This document shows positions 54,207-64,000 of a stretch of 64,000 nucleotides of DNA, piece by piece. A program made the position numbers and the translations under genes. Positions within the stretch are counted from its first letter, which is position 1, and the number at the start of each line of letters is the position of its first letter. The stretch spans positions 300,300 through 364,299 of the forward strand of contig CAVYBB010000002.1 of NCBI GenBank assembly GCA_963766655.1, read 5' to 3'. Under the pieces are notes generated by a model. That model ran no database searches, was not told the DNA's origin, and saw only the letters and a list, made by a program, of their open reading frames with translations. Source of the stretch: an uncultured Chloroflexia bacterium (lineage in GTDB: Bacteria; Chloroflexota; Limnocylindria; Limnocylindrales; CSP1-4).

Positions 54207-55503
54207 TCAGTCGGGCAGGTCGTGCCCGACGAGCGCCGCCGCGGCCTGCATCGTCTCGATCAGGGTCGCGTCCTCGGCCAGCTTTCCGGTGCGGCTTCAC
54301 GTCGCCGTTGCGGTAGGCGTTGATGAAATGGATCGTCCACGGATCGACGCCGACGCGCTCCGCGATCTTGTCCATCTGGACCTCGAGGGCGAATGACGCC
54401 ATCGTGATGCCGAAACCGCGCATCGCGCTGCTCGGCTGGCGGTTCGTGAAGACGCAGTACGCGTCGATCGAGACGTTCGGGATGTTGTACGGGCCGGCGG
54501 CATTCGCGGCGTGCTTCGTCAGGGCGTACGGGGTCTGGCGGCTGTACGCGCCCGAGTCCGCGTAGCTCGTCACCTTGCGGGCGATGATGCGGCCGTCGTT
54601 CATGACGCCGTCCTTCAGGTAGATCCGCCAGGCGCTCCGCGTCGAGCTGACCTGCATCTCCTCGGATCGGCTGTAGACGAACCGGACCGGCCGGTTCGTC
54701 AGCTTGGCGGCGAGGGTCGCGATCGGTTCGACGATGACATCGACCTTGCCGCCGAAGCCGCCGCCGACCGTCCCGCCGATGAAGTGGAGTTGGTTCCCCG
54801 GCATCTGCAGGATGATCGAGGTGTTGTCGAGGCTGAAGTAGAGCGCCTGGGTGTTCGTGTAGACGGTGTACCGGCCATTCGCCTCGGGCACCGCGATGCA
54901 GCCGGTGGTCTCGGTCGGGGCGTGCTCGATCGGGCTCGTGTTGTAGACGCCCTCGACGATGTGGTCGGCCTCCGCGAATGCCCGCTCGACGTCACCGAAT
55001 CGGACACGCCGGCACGGGTGGCCTTCGTACATGAACGTGTTGTTTCCCCAATGGGTCACGATCGGGGCGCCCGGTTTGAGGGCCTCCTCGACGTCGAAGA
55101 CGGCCGGCAGCTCCTCGAGGTCGAGCTGGACCTTCGAGACCGCGTCCATCGCGGCCTGCTCGGTCTCGGCGACGATCGCGATGATCGCCTCGCCCTTGAA
55201 GCGGACCCGGTCCTCCGCGAGGACGAACTCCTCTTCCGGCTCGACGCCGATGAGGCCCAGGATCGTGTAGCGGTTGTGCGGAACGTCCGCGCCGGTCAGG
55301 GCCCGGACGAACCCGGGCACGCGCTCCGCCTCCGTCAGGTCGATGCCGAGGATGCGGGCGTGGTGGAGCGGGCTGCGGACCATCTTGAGGTGGAGCATCC
55401 CGGGAAAGGAGCGGTCCGCCGTGAAGCGCGTCCGACCGGTCACGTGGCCGATCGCGTCGCTTCGCCCGACGGACTGGCCGACGACGTGCAGATCGCTTGT
55501 CAT
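54207..55503 (-). pseudogene. XDH-family molybdopterin subunit, N-terminal gene of a split Mo subunit, with a frameshift near 54290
   Basis: Runs MTSDLHVVGQS...NGDVKPH, then an out-of-frame tail KLAEDATLIETMQAAAALVGHDLPD* follows. One extra A in cggaAAgctg explains the shift. ATGA coupling to the FeS subunit gene upstream. Confidence 0.5.
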
Positions 55504-55994
55504 TGGGCCGCCTCTTCCTTGCTGCCGCGCACCGTCTCGACGGCCACCCCGATGGCCCGGACGATCGGCTGATACCCGGTGCAGCGGCAGATGTTGCCGG
55601 CCAGCGCCCCGGTGATGTCGTCCTCGCTCGGAGCCGGGACGTGGTCGAGCAGCGCCTTCGAGACCATGACCATGCCGGGCGTGCAGTAGCCGCACTGGAA
55701 GGCGCGGTTGTCGACGAATGCCTGCTGGATCGGATGGAGCCCCTCGGCCGGGGTGAGGCTCTCGAGCGTCGTGATGCGCCGGCCGGCAATATCCTCGACC
55801 GGCAGCAGGCAGGACATCATCGGCTCGCCGTCGACGAGCACCGTGCAACTGCCGCAGCCCCCCTGCCGGCAGCCGTCCTTCGCGGCCGTCAAGCCGAGCT
55901 GGTTGCGCAGCACGGACTGCAGCGTGGTCATCGGCCTGACCATGACCTCGACCTCGCGGCCGCCAAGGTCGAAGGAGACGATCGTCGACGCCAT
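55500..55994 (-). CDS. (2Fe-2S)-binding subunit of the second XDH-family cluster
   Basis: CxxGxCGxC and CGYC...CRCTGY motifs; 164 aa, intact. Confidence 0.8.
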   Translation of the reverse strand: MASTIVSFDLGGREVEVMVRPMTTLQSVLRNQLGLTAAKDGCRQGGCGSCTVLVDGEPMMSCLLPVEDIAGRRITTLESLTPAEGLHPIQQAFVDNRAFQCGYCTPGMVMVSKALLDHVPAPSEDDITGALAGNICRCTGYQPIVRAIGVAVETVRGSKEEAAQ

Positions 55995-55995
55995 G

Positions 55996-56847
55996 CTAGT
56001 GACTCCCTGTTCCGGCGCCCGGCGCCAGCTGCTCGAGCGCCCGGCCGACGAAGAGCCCGACCATCCTCCGCCGATACCAGTCGGTGGCGATGCCGTCCGT
56101 GAAGGGCTCGCAGTCCTCGGCCGCCGCGACGGCGGCCGCAGCGACCGCCTCGCTGCCCAGGCTGCTTCCGGCCAGGACCCGCTCGGCCCGGCTCGCCCGG
56201 ACGGGATGCGGACCCACCGCACCAAGCGCGATGCGCGCGTCGGACACATGCGCGCCGTCCCACGTGAGCCGGACGGCGACCGTCACGACCGACGGCGTGT
56301 TCGCGTGCTTGCGGCCGAACTTGAGGTAGGCGGTCGGCTCGCTCGTGATGGGGACGACGATGTCGACGAGCAACTCGTCGGGCGCCAGCTGGTTGGTCAT
56401 GAACCCGGTGAAGAACTCGGCCAGCGGGACGACGCGCTCGCCCGTCGCGCTGGCCAGGGTCACGCTCGCATCGAGGGCGAGCAGCGCGACTGCCACGTCG
56501 CCGCCCGGCGGTGGGGTGAACAGGTTGCCGCCGACGGTCGCCATGTTCCGGATCGACCAGCTGGCTGTATTGCGGGCCGCCTCCGCAAGCATCGGGATCG
56601 ACCGCTGCTCGAGCAGCTGCGTGAGGGTGGCGGTGGCTCCGATCCTGAGCGTGCCATCGACGGCCTCGAGCCCGTCGAGGCCGGCCATGCGCAGGCCCAT
56701 CACCGTCTCGGGCAGCGAGAGGCCATCGTTGATCAGTGGCATGGCGACGGTTCCGCCGGCCATCACGAGCAACTCGGGGCCGTGCCTCGAAAGCAGATCG
56801 GCAGCCTCCTGCCGCGACCTGGGCAAGAAGTAGTTCCTGACTGTCAC
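55996..56847 (-). CDS. FAD-binding subunit of the second XDH-family cluster
   Basis: MAGGTVAM...ATVGGNLF motifs. GTG start with AGGAGA as RBS; intact. Confidence 0.75.
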   Translation of the reverse strand: MTVRNYFLPRSRQEAADLLSRHGPELLVMAGGTVAMPLINDGLSLPETVMGLRMAGLDGLEAVDGTLRIGATATLTQLLEQRSIPMLAEAARNTASWSIRNMATVGGNLFTPPPGGDVAVALLALDASVTLASATGERVVPLAEFFTGFMTNQLAPDELLVDIVVPITSEPTAYLKFGRKHANTPSVVTVAVRLTWDGAHVSDARIALGAVGPHPVRASRAERVLAGSSLGSEAVAAAAVAAAEDCEPFTDGIATDWYRRRMVGLFVGRALEQLAPGAGTGSH

Positions 56848-57340
56848 GATTGGATCTCCTTGGCGGCCTGGCGCCGGTCGTGTGCGACGCCCGTCGAGCG
56901 CTCGGCCCTGCAGTCGCACGTTCAGATTGTCGAGGCCCTGACCGATCAGCGAGCCCGCGACGCCCTCCACGAAGCGGGAATCGAGTCTCGCGAGCGGACC
57001 GCCGATCCGGGCAGTGCCCTCGTACTCCACCGTCGTCATGCCCGCGGCATCGGCGAGTCGAAACGACGCACGTCCCGGTGATCGTACCGAGCGCGCCGGT
57101 GACCTCGCCCTCGAGCTCCCCGGCGTCGGGTGCGTCGGCGCTCACCACCCGGACGACGGTTCGGTACGATCCCACGACACCCGGCAGCCGCAGCGAGATC
57201 CGGCCGCGGTATTCCCCGTCGCCGACCTGCTCGATCTCGCGGCAGCCGGGGATGACGGCGAGGAGCGTCGTCGGGTCGAAGATCGCCGCGAACACGTCAG
57301 CGCGAGGAGCATCCAGCGTGCGACTGCCCCGGATGTTCAT
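56844..57340 (-). pseudogene. CoxG-like SRPBCC protein with at least 2 frameshifts
   Basis: N-terminus MNIRGSRTLDAPRADVFAAIFDPTTL in one frame, the middle section EYEGTARIGGPLARLDSRFVEG in a second frame, and the probable end HDRRQAAKEIQS* in a third, overlapping the FAD-subunit GTG. Confidence 0.45.
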
Positions 57341-57344
57341 GAGC

Positions 57345-58137
57345 CCTTGCCGGCGGCCACGGCCGGCACATGTCTCGTCCGTGCCGATCGCGGACCTGAG
57401 GCGTTCCTCGACGTGATCGAGATGTTCCAGCATGGCTCGCTCCGCCGCGTCCGGGTCGTGCGCGCGGAGCGCCTCGAGAAGCCGGCGGTGATCGCTGAGC
57501 GCGGCCGCCCGGACGTGCGGGCTGCCGCCGGTTCGTTGCCGGCTGACCCGGCCCAGGGTGCTGACGATGTTCATGAACTGCAGGAGCAGGAAGTTCCCGG
57601 CAGCCGCGCACACTCGCGGTGTGCAGCGCGATGTCCAGCTCGCTGAATCGCTCGGGGTCGTCGATGCTGTCCGCGAGCGAAGCCACGAGCGTCTCGAGGT
57701 CTCGCGATCCCGGCCTCGGTCACCCGGAGCGCGGCGAGACGGACGTTGCCTGCTTCGACGATCCGCCGGGCCTCGACCAGCTGGACGAGGGCGACACCGT
57801 CCTTGGCGAACACCAGGTCGAGGTGGGAGATCAGCTGCTTGGGCTCGAGGGACGTGATGTAGGTTCCGTCGCCCTGGCGAATGTCAACCACCCGCATGAT
57901 CGCCAGGGCCCGGAGCGCTTCGCGCACGACGGGTCGGCTGACGTTCATCATCCGGGCGAGGTTGCGCTCGGCGGGAAGCTTGTCCCCCGGCCGCAGCTCC
58001 TGCTCCTTGATCTGCGTCAGCAGGCGGTTGGCGATCTCCTCCGGCAGCGTGCTCCGCGAGATGACCGAGAACCGACTTTCGAGGGTCGCTTTCGCGTCGT
58101 CATCGTCGCCGTTGGCAGGCCGACGTTCTCGTTCCAC
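57345..58137 (-). pseudogene. GntR-family (FCD) regulator of the second cluster, frameshifted
   Basis: HTH region LPEEIANRLLTQIKEQELRPGDKLPAERNLARMMNVSRPVVREALRAL in one frame, and the FCD C-terminus LSDHRRLLEALRAHDPDAAERAMLEHLDHVEERLR in another. Confidence 0.45.
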
Positions 58138-58175
58138 CGGGCTTGCGCTCCTCGCATTCGAGTCCGGCCATCGTA

Positions 58176-58212
58176 GAGGGTGACTGGTATAGTGGTCAAC
58201 TGGTAAGACCAA
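58176..58212. promoter_or_regulatory. GntR-type operator-like palindrome TGGTAAGACCA within an AT-richer divergent promoter
   Basis: ctggtatagtggtcaactggtaagaccaat, in which TGGT-aag-ACCA is a perfect inverted repeat of the NyGTNxACNy class. It lies between the divergent GntR2 and ABM genes. Confidence 0.45.
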
Positions 58213-58231
58213 TTTCAATGGGAGGCATGCC

Positions 58232-58519
58232 TTGATCGAGCGACACATCACCTTCAATGTCCGGCCGGAACGGACCGAGGCCTTCGAACGGTTCTTCGCC
58301 GACGAGTACAGGCCGGCAATGGCGAAGTCGCCGGGGTTCGTCAAGGTGGAGCTCCTCAGGGAGGCGGACAGCGCGACCCGCTACCAGATGGTCCTCCGCT
58401 TCGCGGATGCCGAGAGCGCCGCCGGCTGGCGGACCTCGGAGGTCCATGTGGCGCTCCAGCCCGCCCTCGTCGCCCTGTACGTCGACAACGACATCCAGGG
58501 CTACGAGGTGATCGGCTGA
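58232..58519 (+). CDS. ABM (antibiotic biosynthesis monooxygenase)-like small protein
   Basis: 95 aa. TTG start with GGGAGG SD 8 nt upstream. ABM-like beta-alpha-beta pattern MIERHITFNVRPERTEAFERFF. Confidence 0.55.
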   Translation: MIERHITFNVRPERTEAFERFFADEYRPAMAKSPGFVKVELLREADSATRYQMVLRFADAESAAGWRTSEVHVALQPALVALYVDNDIQGYEVIG

Positions 58520-58580
58520 GGGTCGCGACACGACCCGGGGATCTCACGACCACGATTGGCGTGACGCAGACAGGGAGGAC

Positions 58581-59376
58581 GTGGCGATGAAGCCGCCGAC
58601 GGTGTTCCTGGGCGAGATGACCAACCCGGAGGTCGAGGCGTTCCTCGCGGGCAACCAGACCGTCATCGTGCCGACGGGCTCGACCGAGCAGCACGGTCCC
58701 CATGGGCCGCTCCTGACCGACGTCCTGATCCCGCAGGAGGTCGCCCGCCGCGTGGCGCCGCAGGTCGGTGCCCTCGTCGCGCCTCCGATCAACTACGCCC
58801 TCTCGTATCCGCACGTGGGGTTCACCGGCGTCGTGCACGTCCGGATCCCGACGTTCATGGCGCTGATCGAGGACGTCTGTGTCTCCCTCGCGAGCGCGGG
58901 GTTCCGGCGGATCGTGTTCCTCAACGGCCACTACGACAACACGTACGCGATCGCCTATGCCTGCGCGAACGCGGCCGACCGGATGCCCGCCGGCGTCCGC
59001 GCCTTCCCGATCAACTACTGGGACGGCATGACAGCGGCGGAGGCGGCGGAGTTCTTCGACCCGTCGAACGGTCTCCACGCGAACCGGGGAGAGACGTCGG
59101 CGGTGCTCGCCATCAACCCGGACTTGGTGGATATGGACCGGGCGAACGTCGAGTTCCCGCCGTTTCCGGAGGTCACGAGCCCCGCCCCGGTTCACACCGC
59201 ATTCTTCTTCTCCGCTCCCGGTTCAGTCCATCGGGCCACGCGCTCGGGCACGTGGGGCGACGCTCGGCAGGCGACGGCGGAGTTCGGCGAGCGCTACCTC
59301 GCGGTCGTCGTCGGGATCCACGATCCGCATGCTCGACGACATCGAGCGGACGTTCGAGGCGATGCCGCCGCGCTGA
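58581..59376 (+). pseudogene. Creatininase-family amidohydrolase with a frameshift near 59315
   Basis: GSTEQHGPH and NGHYDN motifs. The C-terminus IRMLDDIERTFEAMPPR* continues in a different frame. Confidence 0.5.
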
Positions 59377-59436
59377 CGGTCAGCGAGCCTCGCCTCGAAC
59401 CAGGTACCAGCGCGCATGACGCGGCGGACCCGGAGG

Positions 59437-60536
59437 TCAGGGTCGAGCTCCACGAGATCGGCGCGCTGGCCGGCGCGCGATCCGGCCACGGTCGGTGATG
59501 CCGAGCAGCGCGAGCGGGTTGCGGCTGGCGGCCGCGACGGCGGCCGGCAGCGGGACGCCGGATGCCACGAGATTGCGGACCGCCGCTGTCCAGCGCGATG
59601 ACCGACCCGGCAAGCGTCGCCGTCCCGGCAAGGGTGGCGCGGTCTCCGACGACCTCCACATCGAGGCCGCCGAGCCTCCCGCGCCCGTCGCCCATGCCGG
59701 CGAGTGCGATCGAATCGCTGACGAGGAGCAGTCGGTCCGGCGGCTTCAGCCGCGTGATCAACGGCCACAGCGCGGGATGGACGTGGATACCGTCGGCGAT
59801 GAGCTCGACGTAAGACGCGTCGTCGAGCAGGGCGGCCACGGCAACGCCGGGCGCTCGGTGGTCGACGCCGGTCATCGCGTTGAAGAGGTGGGTCGTGGAC
59901 GTCCCCCCGGCGTCGTATCCGGCACGCGCCTCGTCGAAGGTCGCCGCCGAGTGACCGATCGAGATCGCGACGCCGCGATCATGGAGCCAGCGGATCAGGT
60001 CGGTCGCGCCTGCCAGCTCGGGGGCGATCGTGATCACGCGGAGCCCGTCGACGAGCCCCTCGAGCACCTGGCGCGAGGCGTCGGCCGGGACCTGGAGGTG
60101 GGCGGGATCGTGCGCACCGCGCCGGCCGGGGGCGAGGAACGGGCCCTCCAGGTTGAATCCCGAGCGGCTCCGCCCCGTCGGCGGGTGCAGCCGGCGGCCA
60201 CGCCCGGACGCTCTCGGCGAAGGCGACGAGCTCGCCGAGTGGCGCGGTCACGGCCGTCGGCAGGAACGAGGTGACCCCGTGGCTGAGCAGGTGCCTGGCC
60301 ATCCCGTCGAGCGCCTCGCCACCCCCCATGGCGTCGTGGCCACCCCCGCCGTGGACGTGGACGTCGACGAAGCCGGGGGCGATGAATGGACCGTCCGGCC
60401 CTGACCGCCGGCGAGTGCCGGACGGCGCATCGGGCTCCACGGCGACGATCAGCCCGTCCTCGATCACGATCCGGCCCGCCGTCACCCGGTCCTCGAGGAC
60501 CAGCCGACCTTCGACCGTGGCCGGCTCTGCCGTCAC
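59437..60536 (-). pseudogene. nagA: N-acetylglucosamine-6-phosphate deacetylase with at least 2 frameshifts
   Basis: N-terminus (VDVHVHGGGGHD), middle section (FNLEGPFL... after removal of an inserted a in gggAttcaacc; IAPELAG, HLFNAM), and C-terminus (AVRNLVASGVPLPAAVAAASRNPLALLGI) all lie in different frames. Confidence 0.5.
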
Positions 60537-61283
60537 CCGTCTCCCGGCGACGGCGCGCCGTCGCGGGCCTCGACCTCGAACTGGACCTCGAGGGCGTAGC
60601 GGTCCGCCGGGTAGACGGATTCGGTCGCCTCGATCGGGCGGCCGTCGGGCTCGACGATGACCCGCGCTCGACGAGCAGCGGACTGCCCTGGCGCGTCCCG
60701 AGCAGGCGCGCCTCCTCGGCCGTCGCCGCCACCGCGGAGATCGTGCCCGTCCCGCGGGACAGGCTGAACCCCGCCCGGCCGAGCGCTTCATGGAGCGAGC
60801 CGTTCGCGAGATCCGCGGCCATGACCGCCTCGGCGGAGGCGCCGATCAGGATGGCCGTCTCGACGGCGATGGGCTCGCCGTCCGCCAGCCGCAGCCGGCG
60901 CAGGTGGACGACCGGCTGGTGGGCCGGAATCCCCAGGCTGGCGGCCTCGGCGGTCGAGGACGGGCGGATGACGCGGATCAGGACCCGCGAGCTCGGAAGG
61001 CGCCCGGCCCGAAGCATCTCCTGGCTGAACGTCATGAGGCGGTTGGCCCGTCGGTGCGCGGGAGGGTCGGCAACGAAGCTGCCCGCGTCCCGGCTCCCGC
61101 CTGATCAGGCCATCCTCGGCGAGGCGCTGCATGGCGTTCCGCGCCGTCATCCGGCTGACCCCGAACTCGGCGCACAGCTCGGCGTCGGACGGCAGCCGCT
61201 CGCCGGGCCGCAGCGTCGAGATCCGCTCGCGCAGAACCCGCTCGATCTGGCGGTACTGCGGCTGGTAGGTCGGTCTCGATCAT
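60034..61283 (-). pseudogene. GntR/HutC-family regulator (HTH plus UTRA) with at least 2 frameshifts
   Basis: The start MIETDL shifts to PQYRQIERVLRERISTLRPGERLPSDAELCAEFGVSRMTARNAMQRLAEDGLIRREPGRG. The UTRA domain MTFSQEMLRAGRLPSSRVL...ADGEPIAVE is in a third frame. Confidence 0.45.
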
Positions 61284-61289
61284 CGCGCA

Positions 61290-62251
61290 CCGGCGGCAGG
61301 GACCGCGGCTCCGGGGTGCCGCTCCGCCGCCTCCGCGCCGTGGATGGCCGCCCCGATCGCTCCCGCCCACGTCCCGAGCTCGGCCGTCACGATCTCGACC
61401 TCGTCGAGGGTGGTTGTCCGGACGCGCCGCCGCAGCTCGTGCGCGGATCGGGTCCAGCAACAGATCGGCGGCGGCGGCAGATCCCGCCGCCGATCACGAT
61501 CCGGTCCGGCGAGACGACGGTGACCATGTTCGCGATGCCGATCCCGAGATAGCGCCCGACCTGCGGCGAGCCCTCCGTGCCCGGACGTCGCCTGCCCGTG
61601 CCCGCGCGACAGCTTCCTCGGCGGTCGGCGGTCCCGCAGGCGGCGGCGATCTGGTCGGCACGGGCGAACGCCTCCAGGCAGCCGCGGTTCCCGCAGCCGC
61701 ACCACGGCCCGTCCGGGTCGATCGTCTGGTGCCCGATCTCGCCGGCCGTCCCGTCATGGCCCTGGTGGACGTGGCCATCCACCGCGATCACGCCCCCGAC
61801 CCCGTCCCGAGCGTGAGCCCGATCATCGAGCGATGCACCGCGCCCGGCCCCGAGGCGCAGCTCGGCGAGGCCGAACGCCCGCGCGTCGTTGATCAGGCAA
61901 TGCCGGCAGCCCCAGCGCCGCCGCCGACGGGGCCGGCAACCGGCACGCCGGGCCAGCCTCCGGGGAAGTTGACCAGGAACCGGGTCGTTCCGGCGGCCGG
62001 GTCGTAGAGGCCGGGAACGCCGATCCCGACCGACGAGACCCCCGGGCAGCGGCCGATCGCCTCGGCGCCGACCGTCGGCGAGGCGCGCCACGACGGCGTC
62101 CGGGCCGTCCGCGGTCGGCGTCGTGACCTGGTCCCGGTCGAGCGACCGTCCAGTCGTCGCCGTCGCGCTCGACGACCACCCACTTGATGTTCGTGCCCCC
62201 GAGGTCGAGGCCGAGGTGACGGCTGCCGGGCCGACGATCGCTTCACGTCCA
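61290..62251 (-). pseudogene. ROK-family sugar kinase/regulator with at least 3 frameshifts
   Basis: ATG at 62251 is coupled to the upstream permease stop. The LGLDLGGTNIKWVVV motif is out of frame with that start, and the ROK signature GEIGH...CGCGNRGCLE is in yet another frame. Confidence 0.45.
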
Positions 62252-63260
62252 TCAGGTCTCGCCGGTGACCCGGGTGTACGCGGCGGCGACGACGACGATG
62301 ATCGACCCGAACAGGATCTGCCGCACGGCTTCGGGGAACCCGAGGGCCGACAGGAGCGAGGTCAGGACCGTCAGGATCAGGGCGCCCACGATCGTGCCGG
62401 CGAAGCCGCCACGGCCGCCCATGATCGACGTCCCGCCGATCACCGCCGCCGCGACCGACGGCAGGACCGCGGTATCGACGAGCGACACGCTGGCGACGTT
62501 CGTGAGGCCGGAGTACGAGGAATCCGGCGATGGCCGCGAGGATCGCCGAGATCATGTACAGCACGATCAGGACCTGCCACGCCCGGGCTCCCGACAGGCG
62601 GGAGGCGACCGGGTTGTCGCCGATCGCGTACAGCAGCCGGCCATAGCCGGTGCGCCGCAGAAGCAGCAGGATGAGTGCCGCGATCGGGCACGAAGACGAG
62701 AAGGCTGTTGGGCAGCACGGTGAGGACCGTGCCGGAACCCAGCGTCAGCGCAGCACCGCCGGCACGCCCGCCCCGGTCTGGACCATGACGAGCTGCCAGA
62801 CGTTGGCCAGGCCCAGGACGACGAGGCTCATGCCCAGGGTCATGATCAGCGGGTGGACCCGGAACACGCCGACGCCGACGCCTGTCAGGAACCCGGCGAG
62901 GGCGCGCGATGGCAAGGGCCACGATCAGGGCAACCGCCAGGCCCTGGCCGCCGACGAGGGTCGCGACCACGAACCCGCTCATCGAGGCGACCGCGCCGAC
63001 GGAAAGGTCGATGCCGCCGGTCAGGAACGTCAGGGTCTGGCACGCCGCGAGGAGCGCGAGCGGGATGGCGGCCCGCAGCGTGACGCCGACCCAGCCCGGG
63101 TTGACGACGTCCGGCTTGAGCGAGCCCATGTCAGGGCGACCAGCAGTGCGAGCAGGCCGATGAGCGGGATGAGCGGGCGGTCCCGGAACACGCCTCGCCA
63201 GGCGGAGTCGCGTGAGACAGGGCGGCCGCGAGCGTTCGAGGTGCCGGCGACGCCGCTCAT
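62252..63260 (-). pseudogene. RbsC-type sugar ABC transporter permease with at least 3 frameshifts
   Basis: N-terminal TM region, the GGIDLSVGAVAS middle section and the C-terminus IGGTSIMGGRGG are spread over three frames. Confidence 0.45.
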
Positions 63261-64000
63261 GCGCGTGCCCGCCGGATCTGGAGGAGGCTGCCGATCATGA
63301 CGACGCCGATGAGGATGAGCCCCTGGACGACGACCGCCAGGTTCGTGTTGACGTTGAGGAACGTCATGTCCGTTCGGATGAGCTGGAGGATCATGACCGC
63401 GACGAGCGCGCCGAACACGCCGCCCCGGCCGCCGGCGAGGCTGACCCCGCCGAGGACGACCGCGGCCACGCTCATCAGCGTGTATGGCCCGGGCACGGGC
63501 GTCCCGATCCCGGTGCTCGCGGTGAGCGACAGGCCGCCGAGCGCGGCGAACAGGCCGGTCAGGACGTAGGCGAGAATCCGCGTCCGGCCGACGGGCACGC
63601 CGCTCCGGAACGCCGCCAGGCGGTTGCTGCCGATCGCGTAGATGGACAGGCCCAGCCGGGACCTGCGCAAGGGGATCCAGATCAGGGCGACGACGACGAT
63701 CAGGGCAACCGCCGCCTTCGGGATCCACTCGTTGCCGAGCGACCCGCTGACCAGCTCCTTGAGCCACTTGGCCGAACCACCGCCGGGCGTCTTGAGGACG
63801 AGCAGCGCCGCGCCGGCCCAGACGAACGACATCGCGAGCGTGACGACGATGTCCGGCACGCGCGTCAGGACGACGAGGCCGCCGTTGATCGCGCCGAGGA
63901 CCAGCCCGAGGACGAGCACCCCGGCGACGACCGCCACGCCGAATTCCTCGGGCTGGCCCTTCATCAGGGTGGCCGAGACCACGCTGGTCAGCGCCATCAT
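63257..64000 (-). CDS. RbsC-type sugar ABC transporter permease (its N-terminus lies beyond the window)
   Basis: Intact frame from the window edge to the stop at 63257. Contains a GLSLTASTGIG-type ABC permease core. Confidence 0.65.
   Translation of the reverse strand: MMALTSVVSATLMKGQPEEFGVAVVAGVLVLGLVLGAINGGLVVLTRVPDIVVTLAMSFVWAGAALLVLKTPGGGSAKWLKELVSGSLGNEWIPKAAVALIVVVALIWIPLRRSRLGLSIYAIGSNRLAAFRSGVPVGRTRILAYVLTGLFAALGGLSLTASTGIGTPVPGPYTLMSVAAVVLGGVSLAGGRGGVFGALVAVMILQLIRTDMTFLNVNTNLAVVVQGLILIGVVMIGSLLQIRRARA

Overview
This is a high-GC (~70%) bacterial chromosomal segment, actinobacterial-like in gene order and overlapping start/stop coupling. No rRNA, tRNA or CRISPR array was found by eye. 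Gene content from 5' to 3': the C-terminus of an SbcC/AAA ATPase; an EamA transporter; a large LuxR (LAL) regulator; a P-loop kinase, an SRPBCC protein and a Rieske-membrane protein; an MFS transporter; a GT87/DUF2029 membrane protein with tandem repeats upstream; an ABC-2 exporter pair; a PDZ-sensor histidine kinase (frameshifted) with its NarL-type response regulator; CorA; citrate synthase; a small GlsB protein; an alpha/beta hydrolase. A large minus-strand pentose-phosphate supercluster follows: tkt-rpiB, a 590 bp gap, then pgi-gnd-zwf-opcA-pgl, with a tandem duplication of the zwf/opcA junction. Next come psuK-psuG, a second ABC-2 exporter (ATPase plus two permeases), two hypothetical proteins, an EamA transporter, vapBC, pyrG with an RBS-sequestering hairpin, and two transaldolase-type genes. 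The most interesting system is a tightly coupled 8-gene plus-strand operon (39.7-48.8 kb) that combines a PEP-utilizing His-domain protein, a GntR regulator, an HPr-kinase-like P-loop protein, a three-subunit xanthine-dehydrogenase-family molybdoenzyme and a PPDK-like ATP-grasp/His-domain protein. Downstream is a lower-GC islet holding a hypothetical protein and a class II Fic protein, then MBL, SDR and cupin genes. Finally, a ~10 kb stretch (53.1-63.3 kb) carries at least 15 frameshifts across a paralogous GntR-coxG-XDH(FAD/FeS/split Mo) operon, a creatininase, nagA, a HutC-type GntR, a ROK kinase and a sugar ABC permease. That stretch is either genuine pseudogene decay or a local sequence-quality problem. 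Manual coordinates may be off by one in places; ORF-track frames were used as the anchor.
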